Shown here in pieces: positions 54,574 through 64,000 of a stretch of DNA of 64,000 nt. The stretch lies in assembly GCA_963809895.1 (NCBI GenBank), contig CAWELD010000003.1, positions 1,024,001-1,088,000 of the forward strand, written 5' to 3'. A program made the position numbers and the translations under genes. The first letter of the stretch is position 1, and each line of letters starts with the position of its first letter. Origin of the DNA: an uncultured Gemmatimonadales bacterium. Its GTDB lineage: Bacteria; Gemmatimonadota; Gemmatimonadetes; Longimicrobiales; Gaopeijiaceae. A model generated the notes under the pieces. The model worked only from the letters and a program-made list of their open reading frames with translations, was not told where the DNA came from and did no database searches.

Positions 54574-55044
54574 TCAGGGGCCCTTGTGGTAGGGCTCGTT
54601 GCGCTGGAGGGTACCCGCCCGGTAGAGCTGCTCGGCCAGCACCAGCCGGGCCAGCTCGTGGGGCATGGTCATGGCCGACAGCGAGAGGCGGCGGCTCGCG
54701 CGCTCCAGCACCGCCCCGTCCAGACCCCACGCGCCACCGATGACGAAGCTGACGTCGCGGGCGTGGAGGGCCGCGTCCGCCAGATGACGCGCCAGCTTGC
54801 GGGAGCTCATGGGCTTGCCGTCGCGGGTGAGCGCCACCACCTCGGCTCCCGGGGCGATGCGTGCCAGGAGACGCTCGCCCTCGGCGGCGCGCACCGGATC
54901 CGGATCCTCCCTGCCCCCGGAGGCGCCGGCGTCCACCTCCACCACCTCGAGCTTCCAGTAGCGGGCCGCCCGCTCCTCGTATTCGGACACGGCGCGGGCC
55001 AGCGCGCCCCGCACCCGCCCGACGGCCACGACCTGAATCTTCAC
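54574..55044 (-). CDS. rlmH: 23S rRNA pseudouridine-1915 N3-methyltransferase
   Basis: FVIGGAWG, LSLSAMTMPHELARLVLAEQLYRA, PYHK. Confidence 0.95.
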   Translation of the reverse strand: MKIQVVAVGRVRGALARAVSEYEERAARYWKLEVVEVDAGASGGREDPDPVRAAEGERLLARIAPGAEVVALTRDGKPMSSRKLARHLADAALHARDVSFVIGGAWGLDGAVLERASRRLSLSAMTMPHELARLVLAEQLYRAGTLQRNEPYHKGP

Positions 55045-56669
55045 GCGTCGCCTCGCAGGTCGTGGCCCTCGACGTCGCGCACGAGCACCGTGTCCGCGAG
55101 CCCCCGCTCGTTGTCGCGCCACGGATGGTCCGTGGTGTAATGGAGGCCCCGGCTCTCCCGACGGCGCAGTGCCGAACGCACGATGAGAAGCGCCACCTGC
55201 TCCAGGTTGCGGGCCTCCACCTCGGCGGGACTGCGGGGCGGACCACCAGCGGCCGACGCGGACACCCGGGCCTCCAGCGCCTCCCGTGCCTCTCGCAGGC
55301 GCCGGGTGTGGCGCACGATGCCCGCGTGGGTCCACATGAGGCCCCGAAGCGCAGCCGTGGGATCGGTGCTGCCGGCCGACGCCCCCGCGTCCGCCCGGCC
55401 CGGGTCCGGCTCACCGGGCGTTCCGGTCACCTCGCCCACCCCCGCCCCGGCGCCCCAGCGTCCGGCCCTCTCCAGCGCCTCTCGAGCCACCAGAGACGCC
55501 CGGTGGGCCACCACCACGGCCTCCAGCAGCGAGTTGGAGGCCAGGCGGTTCGCTCCGTGCAGCCCGGTGCAGGCCACCTCGCCGGCCGCCAGCAGCCCCG
55601 GCAGCGACGAACGCCCCCGGGTGTCGGTGAGGATGCCCCCGCAGGCGTAGTGGGCGGCGGGAACCACGGGAATCCCCTCCACCGCCGGCTCCAGTCCCCG
55701 GGCCCGGCATCCCTCCAGGGTCGACGGAAAGCGCTCCTCCAGGATGCCCGGACCCATCCCGCTCACGTCCAGGACCACGTGGGAATCCCCCGTCTTGTCC
55801 AGCTCGCCATGGATGGCACGTGCCACGATGTCGCGGGGCGCCAGCGAGCCCAGCGGATGGTGCTGATCCATGAAGGCTGTGCCGTCCAGGCGCCGGAGCA
55901 CCGCGCCCTCGCCCCGGAGCGCCTCGGAGATGAGGAAGGCGGGATCTTCGGTGGGATGGAGGGCGGTGGGATGGAACTGGATGAACTCCATGTTGGCGAT
56001 GCGGGCGCCCGCCCGGTACGCCATGGCCACCCCGTCGCCGGTGGCAATGGAGGGATTGGTGGTGTGCCTGTACACCTGGCCGCAGCCGCCCGTGGCCAGC
56101 ATCACCACCTCCGCTCGGACCCGCAACGGCGTCCCGGACGCTTCGTCCAGAACCTGCACGCCCACGCAACGCCGGGCCCCGTCGTCGCCGTCCTCGGTGA
56201 GCAGCTCCACCGCGATGTGGTCCTCGAGGATGCGCAGCCCCGCCTCTTCGGCCGCCTCCAGCAGCGCCGTCTCGATGGCCCGACCCGTGCGGTCGCCTGC
56301 GTGGACGATACGGCGGCGGGAGTGCCCCCCCTCGCGGCCCAGCGACAGTCCGCCGCCGTTCCGGTGGAAGGCCGCGCCCCAGGCCATGAGGTCGCGAATG
56401 CGCGCCGGACCGTCGCGGACCACCAGCTCCACCACATCGGCATGGCAGAGACCGGCGCCGGCCACCAGGGTGTCTCCGACGTGCAGCGACACGTCGTCGT
56501 CCTCGCCCACCACGGCGGCGATCCCGCCCCGCGCCCAGTTCGTGCTCGAGGTCGCCCGCTCCTTCTTGGTCACCAGCAGGACCGAGGCGCCCTCCGACGC
56601 CCGCAGGGCGAAAGTGAGGCCGGCAATCCCGCTGCCCACCACCACGACGTCCACCGAGACCTCCCTCAT
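55041..56669 (-). CDS. nadB: L-aspartate oxidase
   Basis: GSGIAGL, EGGHSRRRI, QFHPT, SEALRGEG, HGANRLASNSL, ESRGLH. Confidence 0.95.
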   Translation of the reverse strand: MREVSVDVVVVGSGIAGLTFALRASEGASVLLVTKKERATSSTNWARGGIAAVVGEDDDVSLHVGDTLVAGAGLCHADVVELVVRDGPARIRDLMAWGAAFHRNGGGLSLGREGGHSRRRIVHAGDRTGRAIETALLEAAEEAGLRILEDHIAVELLTEDGDDGARRCVGVQVLDEASGTPLRVRAEVVMLATGGCGQVYRHTTNPSIATGDGVAMAYRAGARIANMEFIQFHPTALHPTEDPAFLISEALRGEGAVLRRLDGTAFMDQHHPLGSLAPRDIVARAIHGELDKTGDSHVVLDVSGMGPGILEERFPSTLEGCRARGLEPAVEGIPVVPAAHYACGGILTDTRGRSSLPGLLAAGEVACTGLHGANRLASNSLLEAVVVAHRASLVAREALERAGRWGAGAGVGEVTGTPGEPDPGRADAGASAGSTDPTAALRGLMWTHAGIVRHTRRLREAREALEARVSASAAGGPPRSPAEVEARNLEQVALLIVRSALRRRESRGLHYTTDHPWRDNERGLADTVLVRDVEGHDLRGDA

Positions 56670-57718
56670 GCCTTCGCCTCCCTGCACGATGCGACCAGCG
56701 CATCCACCAGCGCGTCCATCCGTTCCTGTCCCTCTTCGAAGCGCGGCTCCAGGGCCAGAACCCGCACCTCGCAAGCGAGGCGCTGCTCGAGCTCCACCAG
56801 CTTCACCGCGTCCTTCTCGGTCACGACCAGCGTGCGCCCACCGGCGGCCCGGGCCAGGCGCTCGGCATCGGCCGCGGTGAACTCGTGATGGTCGGGAAAA
56901 CCCACGAGCTCGGGCAGGGGCACGGGCTGGCCCGGTTCCACGCGTGCGGCCAGCGCCGCCCGCACCGTGGCCCGCACGCTCTCCGGCTCGGCCACGGCGG
57001 CGGCCACCAGCACCGGACCGGTCGGCGGAGTCGCCGGCGCCCCCTCGAGATCGCGCCAGCCCGCCGGGGACAGCGCCACCCGCGCCACCACGAGCTCCGG
57101 GCGAGCCGCGCACAACCGCTCGGCCACCTCCACGGCCCGGGCCTCCGGCGCCGACTTGCGCGTGACCACCACCAGGTCGGCGCGGGCCAGCGCCGACAGC
57201 GGCTCCCGGTAGGGTCCCACGGGGAGCGTCCGGCCCGGGATCATGGTCTCGGCAGCCACCAGCACCACATCGGCGGTCCGCGCGAGCCGGCGATGCTGGA
57301 ATCCGTCGTCCAGGACCACCACGTCGCACCCCTGACGCGCGGCACGCTGCACCCCGGCGAAACGATCCGGGCCCGCGATCACCGGCGCCCGAGGATTCCA
57401 GCGAGCGTGGAGCAGGAGCTCGTCGCGCCCGTAGCCCCGGGCCACCAGGGCCGGACGGCATCCGGCCTCCCGGAGCTGGCGCACCAGCCAGGCCGCCATG
57501 GGCGTCTTGCCGGTGCCCCCCACGGTCACGTTGCCCACCGACACCACCGGGAGCGCGCCCCGGCGGGCCCGCAGCACGCCCAGGTCGAACAGCCGGTTGC
57601 GCACGCCCACGCCGGCGCGGTAGGCGAGTCCCAGGGGCCAGGCACCCAGGGTGGCCAGGCGTCCGGCCACGCCGGCCTCCCCTCGCCACCACCGCCGTAC
57701 CCAGGCTTCGACGCTCAT
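56666..57718 (-). CDS. lpxK: Tetraacyldisaccharide 4'-kinase
   Basis: VGNVTVGGTGKTP, LDDGFQH, FPDHH, TEKDAVK. Confidence 0.95.
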   Translation of the reverse strand: MSVEAWVRRWWRGEAGVAGRLATLGAWPLGLAYRAGVGVRNRLFDLGVLRARRGALPVVSVGNVTVGGTGKTPMAAWLVRQLREAGCRPALVARGYGRDELLLHARWNPRAPVIAGPDRFAGVQRAARQGCDVVVLDDGFQHRRLARTADVVLVAAETMIPGRTLPVGPYREPLSALARADLVVVTRKSAPEARAVEVAERLCAARPELVVARVALSPAGWRDLEGAPATPPTGPVLVAAAVAEPESVRATVRAALAARVEPGQPVPLPELVGFPDHHEFTAADAERLARAAGGRTLVVTEKDAVKLVELEQRLACEVRVLALEPRFEEGQERMDALVDALVASCREAKA

Positions 57719-58368
57719 CGCCCCTCGGGAAAGGGCGCCTCTGCGCGCTCGCGGAGCACCCCGAGCCGTCGCTCCAGCTCCGAGGCCAGTCCCTCGATCA
57801 CGGCATCGTCGGCGGCCCTGGGCACCAGCACCGGCTCCCCGTAGACGATGCGCACGCGAGACAGCGGCTTGGGCACCAGGAATCGATCCCAGGAATCGAA
57901 GTGCCAGGCGCCGCTGACCCCCACGGACATGGGGATGATGGGCAACCCGGTGAGTTGGGCCGCCACCAGGGCCCCGGGCTTGAACACCTCGGCCGGGCCC
58001 CTGGGGCCGTCGGGGCTCAGGCCCAGGTCGTGTCCCTCGCGCGCGGCCCGGATCAGCTCCCTCAGGCCGCGGCTCCCGCCTCTGCTGGAGGAGCCCCGGG
58101 CGGTGCCGAAGCCGTGGCGCTCGACGACGCGTGTGATGTACTCGCCGTCGGCGTGCTCGCTCACCAGGACCACGATGCCCTCGCCCTGGTGATAGTGGAT
58201 CAGCGGGAGCATCTGGCCGTGCCAGAAGACGAAGATGACGTTCTCGCCCCGGCGCCGGTACGCCTTGTAGTGCTCGTCGTCGACCCGGGTCAGACGCGTC
58301 GTGGTGAAGAGCCCTCCCAGGAGGCCGTGACCCAGGATCCCGGCGGCCCGAAAACGCAGATCCTTCAT
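57715..58368 (-). CDS. DUF374 lysophospholipid acyltransferase family protein
   Basis: FWHG, RGSSSRGG, PDGPRGP, SWDRF.VPKP. Confidence 0.88.
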   Translation of the reverse strand: MKDLRFRAAGILGHGLLGGLFTTTRLTRVDDEHYKAYRRRGENVIFVFWHGQMLPLIHYHQGEGIVVLVSEHADGEYITRVVERHGFGTARGSSSRGGSRGLRELIRAAREGHDLGLSPDGPRGPAEVFKPGALVAAQLTGLPIIPMSVGVSGAWHFDSWDRFLVPKPLSRVRIVYGEPVLVPRAADDAVIEGLASELERRLGVLRERAEAPFPEGR

Positions 58369-59507
58369 GGCTCCGCTCTCTCCGCCAGGACCTCGACCAC
58401 CAACGCTGCCACCCGCTCGGCGGCGCCCGGTCCACCCAGGGCGGCCCGAACCCGGCCGAGCCCCTCCAACTGAGCCTCCCGCGCCGGCCCGTCCGTCAGG
58501 AGCGGCTCGAGCTCGCGCACCAACCGCTCCGGCGTGGCCTCACCCTGGAGCACCTCCGGGACCACGCGCTCGTCGGCCACCAGGTTCGCCAGCGCGATGT
58601 GGTCGACGCGCACCAGGCGCTTGGCCAGCGCGAAGGTGAGCGGGTGCGTGCGATAGACCATGACGAAGGGTGTGCCCTCCAGAGCGGTCTCCAGCGTGGA
58701 GGTGCCCGACTTCACGAGCGCCAGGCGCGCGTACCGCAGCAGTGCCCTCGTATCGGCCGTCTGCGGCAACCCGGCGGACGCCAGGCCCGTCGGCTCCACC
58801 CCGCTGGCGCGGGCCAGCACCGGGGCCAGGGTCGGGTGGCGCTCCCTCAGGCGAAGGGCCGTCTCCCGGAACAACTCCAGGTGGCGGTGGAGCTCCTGGC
58901 GGCGAGAGCCCGGCAACAGGGCCAGCACCGGAGCGTCCGGCGCCAACCCCAGCTCGTCGCGGAAGGCGTCCTCGGGCGTGACGTCGTCGCCGCGCTCCAT
59001 GAGGGGGTGCCCCACGAAGGTCACGTCGGCCCCGGCCTCGCGCAGGAGCGGCTCCTCGAAGGGCAGGATGACCGCCACCCGGTCGGCGTCGCGGGCCAAC
59101 GCCGACGCGCGATGCGGCTTCCAGGCCCACACCTGGGGCGAGATGTACCAGACCACCGGCACGCCCCGTTCCCGGGCCTTGTGGGCCAGTCGTAGATTCA
59201 GGCCGGGGTAGTCCACCGCCAACACCAGATCCACCTCCCCATCGTCCATGAGGGCCACGAGCCGACGCTCGAGGCGCCAGAAGAAGCGCAGGTGCCGCAC
59301 CACCTCGGCGAAGCCCATGACGGCCAACTGATCGAGGCCCGCCAGGAGCTCCACCCCGACGGCCTTCATCTCCGGCCCACCCAGGCCGGAGAAGCGAGCC
59401 CCCGGGATGCGGCGCCTCAGCGCCTCCACGACGCGGGCGCCGTGATGATCGCCCGAAGCCTCGCCCGCCAGGACGAGGATCCGAGGGGTGGCAGTGGCGG
59501 CGGTCAG
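58365..59507 (-). CDS. lpxB: Lipid-A-disaccharide synthase
   Basis: AGEASGD, DYPGLN, SPQVWAW, LPGSR, KSGT; start uncertain. Confidence 0.94.
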   Translation of the reverse strand: MTAATATPRILVLAGEASGDHHGARVVEALRRRIPGARFSGLGGPEMKAVGVELLAGLDQLAVMGFAEVVRHLRFFWRLERRLVALMDDGEVDLVLAVDYPGLNLRLAHKARERGVPVVWYISPQVWAWKPHRASALARDADRVAVILPFEEPLLREAGADVTFVGHPLMERGDDVTPEDAFRDELGLAPDAPVLALLPGSRRQELHRHLELFRETALRLRERHPTLAPVLARASGVEPTGLASAGLPQTADTRALLRYARLALVKSGTSTLETALEGTPFVMVYRTHPLTFALAKRLVRVDHIALANLVADERVVPEVLQGEATPERLVRELEPLLTDGPAREAQLEGLGRVRAALGGPGAAERVAALVVEVLAERAEP

Positions 59508-59638
59508 AAGCGGGAGCCCAGGTACCAGATCAGGGCCACCACGAGGATCAGGAGCAGGAACAACCGGCCAGGTGACTTGGCCTTCTTGTGGTCGATCCAC
59601 TCCTTCTTGCGCTTACGCCGGACGCGGAGAAGGGACAT
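59504..59638 (-). CDS. Small basic membrane peptide
   Basis: 44 aa, K/R-rich N-terminus and one TM; fills the gap in the operon. Confidence 0.45.
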   Translation of the reverse strand: MSLLRVRRKRKKEWIDHKKAKSPGRLFLLLILVVALIWYLGSRF

Positions 59639-60662
59639 GGCTCGCGATGCGGGCTTCGATGGAAAGAGTGAGGGCCAGGGCGTTCCGACCGTCGGGGCCC
59701 GACACGGCGGGGGCGGCGCGGCCCAGGACGGCATCCCGGAAGCTCTCCAGCTCCTTGCGCAGGGGCTCTGCACCGTCTCCCTGGAGGGGGACGCGCTCCA
59801 CCAGGCTCTCCAGCCCCTGGGCGGCCAGGTCGGGCAGCTCGCCCTGACCTGGCATCCCCCCGGCCAGCGCCGGCAGGTCGTGCTTCAGGCGCAGGAACTC
59901 CCCCGTGCCCTCGGCCAGATTGAGGCTCAGGTAGCCCGACGGTTGGAAGATCCTCAGCTTGCGCATCCGCTCCATGGAGACCCGGCTGGCCGTGAGGTTT
60001 GCCACGGCACCTCCCTCGAAGGTGAGGCGGGCGCTGGCGATGTCCACGTTGGGCGTGAGCACCGGAACCCCCGATGCGGCGATATCCACGACGGGTGTAC
60101 CCACCAGACTCCGGACCAGGTCCACGTCGTGGATCATGAGATCCAGGACCACGGCCACGTCGGTGCTCCTGGGCGAGAAGGGCGCCATGCGGTGCGATTC
60201 CACGAACAGCGGCCGGTCCAGGTAGGGCTCGGCGGCACGAATGGCCGGGTTGAAGCGCTCCACGTGGCCGATCTGCACCAGCGCACCGCCGGCGTCGGAC
60301 GCGGCCAGGATGCGGTCCGCCGCGTCCAGGTCCGGCGCCATGGGCTTCTCGATGAGGCAGTGGATTCCCCGCTGGAGCGCCGCCACCGCCACATCCTCGT
60401 GGGCGGTGGTGGGCACGGCCACCACCACGGCATCGGTGCGCTCCAGGAGCTCCTCCAGGGTATCGAAGGCGCGCACACCCAACTCGCCCGCCACCTCCGC
60501 CGCGCGCTCGGGACGAGTGTCGTGGATGCCCGCCATGACGACGCCCGGCACGTCCCGCAGGATGCGCGCGTGGTGAAAGCCCAACGATCCGGTGCCCACC
60601 ACGCCCATGCGAACCGGATCCTCTCCGGCCCGGCGCGCGCCGCGGTCCGCCGTGGAGTCCAT
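59613..60662 (-). CDS. Gfo/Idh/MocA oxidoreductase (GnnA-like)
   Basis: GTGSLG, IEKP, GHVERFNP, DLMIHD, SRVS; located between lpxA and lpxB. Confidence 0.85.
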   Translation of the reverse strand: MDSTADRGARRAGEDPVRMGVVGTGSLGFHHARILRDVPGVVMAGIHDTRPERAAEVAGELGVRAFDTLEELLERTDAVVVAVPTTAHEDVAVAALQRGIHCLIEKPMAPDLDAADRILAASDAGGALVQIGHVERFNPAIRAAEPYLDRPLFVESHRMAPFSPRSTDVAVVLDLMIHDVDLVRSLVGTPVVDIAASGVPVLTPNVDIASARLTFEGGAVANLTASRVSMERMRKLRIFQPSGYLSLNLAEGTGEFLRLKHDLPALAGGMPGQGELPDLAAQGLESLVERVPLQGDGAEPLRKELESFRDAVLGRAAPAVSGPDGRNALALTLSIEARIASHVPSPRPA

Positions 60663-60666
60663 GCCG

Positions 60667-61479
60667 TCAGCCTACCGTGATGCCCCGCTCGGAGCTCTTG
60701 ATGAAATTCAGGAAGTGCCGGACTTCGGGGATCTGGGGCGTCTCGTCCTCGGCCCTGGCGACACCGTGCGACACGTTGAGGCCCGACATGAAGACCAGCC
60801 GGTACGCCTGCTTGAGCGACTTGCGCGTCTCCTGGCTGAACCCGCGTCGCTCCAGGCCGACGGAGTTCAGGCCGTAGAGCTTCGGGGGATTCCCCGCGGC
60901 GCGCGTGTACGGTGGGATGTCCTGGGGAATGCGCGACCCGCCGCCGATGAAGGCGTGGGCGCCGATGCGCACGAACTGATGGATGGGCGTCACTCCACCG
61001 ATGATCACCCAGTCCTCGATGACCACGTGGCCGGCCATGTTCACCGAGTTGGACAGGATGACGTGGTTGCCCAGCTCGCAATCGTGGGCCACGTGCGTGT
61101 ACGCCATCAACAGACAATCGCTACCGACCACGGTCACGCCCCGGGCGGTGGTCCCGCGATTCAGCGTGGCGTACTCCCGGATCACCGTGCGATCACCGAC
61201 CTCCAGGGTGGTAGGCTCGCCCTGGTATTTCAGGTCCTGGGGATCGGTCCCCAGGATCGCACCCTGGAAGATGCGACAGTCTTCGCCCACCACGGTGTCC
61301 CGCTCGATGAGGACGTGGGGACCCACGGTGGTGCCGGCCCCGATCTCCACCCCGGGACCGATGATGGAGTAGGGCCCCACGCTGACCCCGACGCCCAGCT
61401 CGGCTCCGGAATCCACCAGGGCGGTGGAATGGATGCGGGCCTCGGCCCGCTCGTCGGCGCCTACTGAGGTGTCACTCAT
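60667..61479 (-). CDS. lpxA: UDP-N-acetylglucosamine acyltransferase
   Basis: Hexapeptide repeats, PQDLKY, HVAHDC, HQFVRIG, GLNSVGL. Confidence 0.95.
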   Translation of the reverse strand: MSDTSVGADERAEARIHSTALVDSGAELGVGVSVGPYSIIGPGVEIGAGTTVGPHVLIERDTVVGEDCRIFQGAILGTDPQDLKYQGEPTTLEVGDRTVIREYATLNRGTTARGVTVVGSDCLLMAYTHVAHDCELGNHVILSNSVNMAGHVVIEDWVIIGGVTPIHQFVRIGAHAFIGGGSRIPQDIPPYTRAAGNPPKLYGLNSVGLERRGFSQETRKSLKQAYRLVFMSGLNVSHGVARAEDETPQIPEVRHFLNFIKSSERGITVG

Positions 61480-62777
61480 CGGTCCACGACTCGTGCCATG
61501 AGGTCCGCTTCCGCCACCACCTGACCGTCGACGCGGCCCACGCCTCGCATCTTGCAGACGTGCCTCCGGAACTGGAGCAGCTCCAGCTCGAAGACGATCT
61601 GGTCGCCCGGGGTCACCGGGCGGCGCCACTTCACGCTGTCCAGAGACATGAAGTAGACCACCTTGTTGTCCGGATCGTCCACGTGATCCATGAGAAGGAG
61701 CCCTCCGACCTGCGCCATGGCCTCGATGATGAGGACGCCGGGCATGATGGGATGCCCGGGGTAGTGGCCCTGGAAGAACGGCTCGTTGATGGTGACGTTC
61801 TTGATCCCCACGATGCGCTTCCCGGGCTCGTAGCCCACGATCCGGTCCACCAGAAGCATGGGAAAGCGATGGGGGAGGTACTGCATGATCTTGGCGGCGT
61901 CCAGGATCGGATGCCCGCCGTTGTAGAGGGCGTGCTCGGCGATGGCCCGCGCCAGTTCCACGTTGCCGGTGTGGCTGGGGCGTTCGGCCACCACGTGCGC
62001 CCGCACGCGCCCGCCCAGGAGCGCCAGATCCCCGGCCAGATCGCCCACCTTGTGCCGCAGGAACTCGTCGGGAAAGCGGAGCCCTTCCTCGTTGAGGATA
62101 CCGTCGTCGTCCATGACCACGGTGTTTTCCAGCGACGAGCCCAGCGCCAGGCCACGGGCCCGGAGCGCCTCGGCGTCGGCGCGGAACCCGAAGGTCCGTG
62201 CCGGCGCGATCTGGCCCCGAAAGCCCGCCTCGTCCATGGCGAAGCTCCCGAACTGACGTCCGATGGACGGGTGCTGGAAGTCCACGGTGGCCGAGATGCG
62301 AAATTCGTTGGCCGGGGTGGCGACGTAGGAGACGCCCTTCGCGGGCGCCACGGTCACGGGCCCGTTGAGCTCGATGATCCTGGCGGGCTCGTCCTGGACG
62401 TGCGTGCCGGCCTCGTCCACGGCCTCCAGGAAGGGGCGGAAGCTCCCGTCCACGATGGGTGGCTCGGGCCCGTCCAGGTCGAGAACGGCGTTGTCCACGC
62501 CCAGGCAGGCCAGCGCCGCCAACACGTGCTCCACCGTGAGGACCCGGGCCTCGCCGGCGGCCAGACTCGTGCCCAGCTCGGTGCCGGCCACGTGATCCAG
62601 GTCGGCGGGTACCTCGGGCGCACCGTCCAGGTCCACCCGGCGAAAGCGGATCCCGGTGCCCGGGTCGGCCGGGCGCAACGTCAGCGACGAGGGCTCTCCC
62701 GAATGCACACCGGTCCCCTCGACGGTGACGGTCTGCGCGAGGGTGCGCTGCATCTCCTGGTCCTCGGACGCGGTCAT
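61476..62777 (-). CDS. lpxC: Bifunctional LpxC/FabZ
   Basis: GVHSG, TVEH, ARTFG, HKVGD, then LPHRFPMLLVD, FFQGHYPG..MPGVLIIEAMAQ. Confidence 0.95.
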   Translation of the reverse strand: MTASEDQEMQRTLAQTVTVEGTGVHSGEPSSLTLRPADPGTGIRFRRVDLDGAPEVPADLDHVAGTELGTSLAAGEARVLTVEHVLAALACLGVDNAVLDLDGPEPPIVDGSFRPFLEAVDEAGTHVQDEPARIIELNGPVTVAPAKGVSYVATPANEFRISATVDFQHPSIGRQFGSFAMDEAGFRGQIAPARTFGFRADAEALRARGLALGSSLENTVVMDDDGILNEEGLRFPDEFLRHKVGDLAGDLALLGGRVRAHVVAERPSHTGNVELARAIAEHALYNGGHPILDAAKIMQYLPHRFPMLLVDRIVGYEPGKRIVGIKNVTINEPFFQGHYPGHPIMPGVLIIEAMAQVGGLLLMDHVDDPDNKVVYFMSLDSVKWRRPVTPGDQIVFELELLQFRRHVCKMRGVGRVDGQVVAEADLMARVVDR

Positions 62778-62898
62778 ACGGGTCTGGGTCGGCGATGGGA
62801 GGGGTCGTACCGGTTCGGCCGTTGCGGCGGCGCCTCCGGGGACGGTCACGGAAGGGTCGCGATAATGTAATGGCTCGCTGGCGAGGGGTCGAACCTGC

Positions 62899-63990
62899 TC
62901 ACGGCGAATCCTCCGGATCCGCCGGGCCCTCCTCTCCCCCACCGAGTCCCTCCACGGCGCGCTCGAGCCGCTTCACGCGATCCACCAGCGAAGGCAGGCG
63001 TCCGACCAACGCCTGACGGCGCAGGTATTCCCGGTTGGGGCGGGAGGGATCGCCGGCCACGACCTCACCGTCGGGGACGTCGCGCATCACCCGGGCCGCC
63101 GCGGCCACCCGGACCCCGTCGCCCAGCGTCAGATGGCCGATGACACCGGCCTGGCCGCCGAACAGGACACCCGCGCCGACCCGGGTGGAGCCGGCGATAC
63201 CCACCTGACCCGCCACCGCGCAATGGGGGCCGAGCCGCACGTTGTGGGCGAGCTGGACCAGGTTGTCCACCTTGGTACCCTTTCCCACCACCGTGTCCCC
63301 AATGGAGCCGCGATCGATGGCGGTGTTGGCCCCGATCTCCACGTCGTCCTCGACGATGCAGCGCCCCACCTGCGGGATCTTGCGGTGCGCCCCGTCCCGC
63401 CAGGTGTATCCGAAGCCGTCGACCCCGAGTCGCGAGCCGGAGTGGACGATGACGCGATCCCCGAGTTGCGTGCGTGGATAGAGCGTGACCTGCGGATGCA
63501 CCACGCAATCCTGCCCCACCTTCACGCCGGCGCCCACCACCACGTGCGCGCCCACCTGCGTGCGGTCACCGAGGACGGCGTCCTCGCCCACCACGGCGTA
63601 CGGACCCACCGAGACCCCCTCGCCCAAGCGAACGCCGGGGCCCAGCACCGCCGTAGGGTGCACGCCCGGAGGCGGCGACGGTTCCGGATGAAGGGCCGCC
63701 AGGACGGGAATCAGGGCCGCGTGGGCATCGGCCACCACCACCCGGGGCCGGCCCGCCGGGGCCCGCTCGAGCAACGCCTCGGACACCAGGAACGCGCCGG
63801 CCGACGATTCCTCGGCGCCCCGTGCGTAGCGCGTGTCGGCCAGCAGTCCCAGCGCGTCGGGTCCCGCGCGGTCCAGCGGGGCCACCCGCCGGATCGTCAA
63901 CGCGTCGTCCCCATCCTCCACCCTTCCCCCCGTGAGCTCCGCCACTCGTGCCAGCGGCAGACCGGTCGCGGATTCCTGGTGTGAAGACAT
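62899..63990 (-). CDS. lpxD: UDP-3-O-acylglucosamine N-acyltransferase
   Basis: DGFGY, KIPQVG, EIGANTAIDRG, KVDNLVQLAHNV. Confidence 0.95.
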   Translation of the reverse strand: MSSHQESATGLPLARVAELTGGRVEDGDDALTIRRVAPLDRAGPDALGLLADTRYARGAEESSAGAFLVSEALLERAPAGRPRVVVADAHAALIPVLAALHPEPSPPPGVHPTAVLGPGVRLGEGVSVGPYAVVGEDAVLGDRTQVGAHVVVGAGVKVGQDCVVHPQVTLYPRTQLGDRVIVHSGSRLGVDGFGYTWRDGAHRKIPQVGRCIVEDDVEIGANTAIDRGSIGDTVVGKGTKVDNLVQLAHNVRLGPHCAVAGQVGIAGSTRVGAGVLFGGQAGVIGHLTLGDGVRVAAAARVMRDVPDGEVVAGDPSRPNREYLRRQALVGRLPSLVDRVKRLERAVEGLGGGEEGPADPEDSP

Positions 63991-64000
63991 TCGCCTATGC

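Overview
High-GC diderm bacterial chromosome segment. The lpxC-fabZ fusion, bshC and clade II nos genes suggest a Gemmatimonadota-like organism (inference). Left to right: (1) a clade II nitrous oxide reductase cluster (cytochrome c, nosZ, nosD, nosF, nosY, nosB); (2) tRNA-Arg(CCT) followed by a small decayed island with an ECF sigma factor, a secreted 6-Cys peptide, a beta-propeller lipoprotein and a DsbA-like protein; (3) housekeeping genes (pcm, surE, gpsA, plsY, der, CLC channel, MoxR/DUF58 cluster); (4) an accessory propeller plus trypsin-like protease; (5) a ~16.3 kb element integrated in tRNA-Gly(CCC), bounded by a perfect 49-bp direct repeat; (6) a core block gltX-uvrC-murJ-bshC-rlmH-nadB-lpxK-lpxB-lpxA-lpxC/fabZ-lpxD. 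The tRNA-Gly element has the layout of a phage satellite (PICI-like): integrase, JAB/RadC, divergent switch, AlpA, RepA-type helicase, iteron origin, lambda-like cos sequence, Nu1-like small terminase, coiled-coil protein and an unusual S49+M41-like protease fusion, but no capsid, portal or large terminase. Its cargo is a proteasome-like Ntn hydrolase and a second Cys-rich secreted protein/beta-propeller cassette. The best candidates for an undescribed system are this satellite and the recurrent secreted Cys-rich peptide + beta-propeller (+DsbA/ECF sigma) modules, which appear to travel with it. All calls are from visual motif recognition; no database searches were run. Several frameshifts may be sequencing errors.
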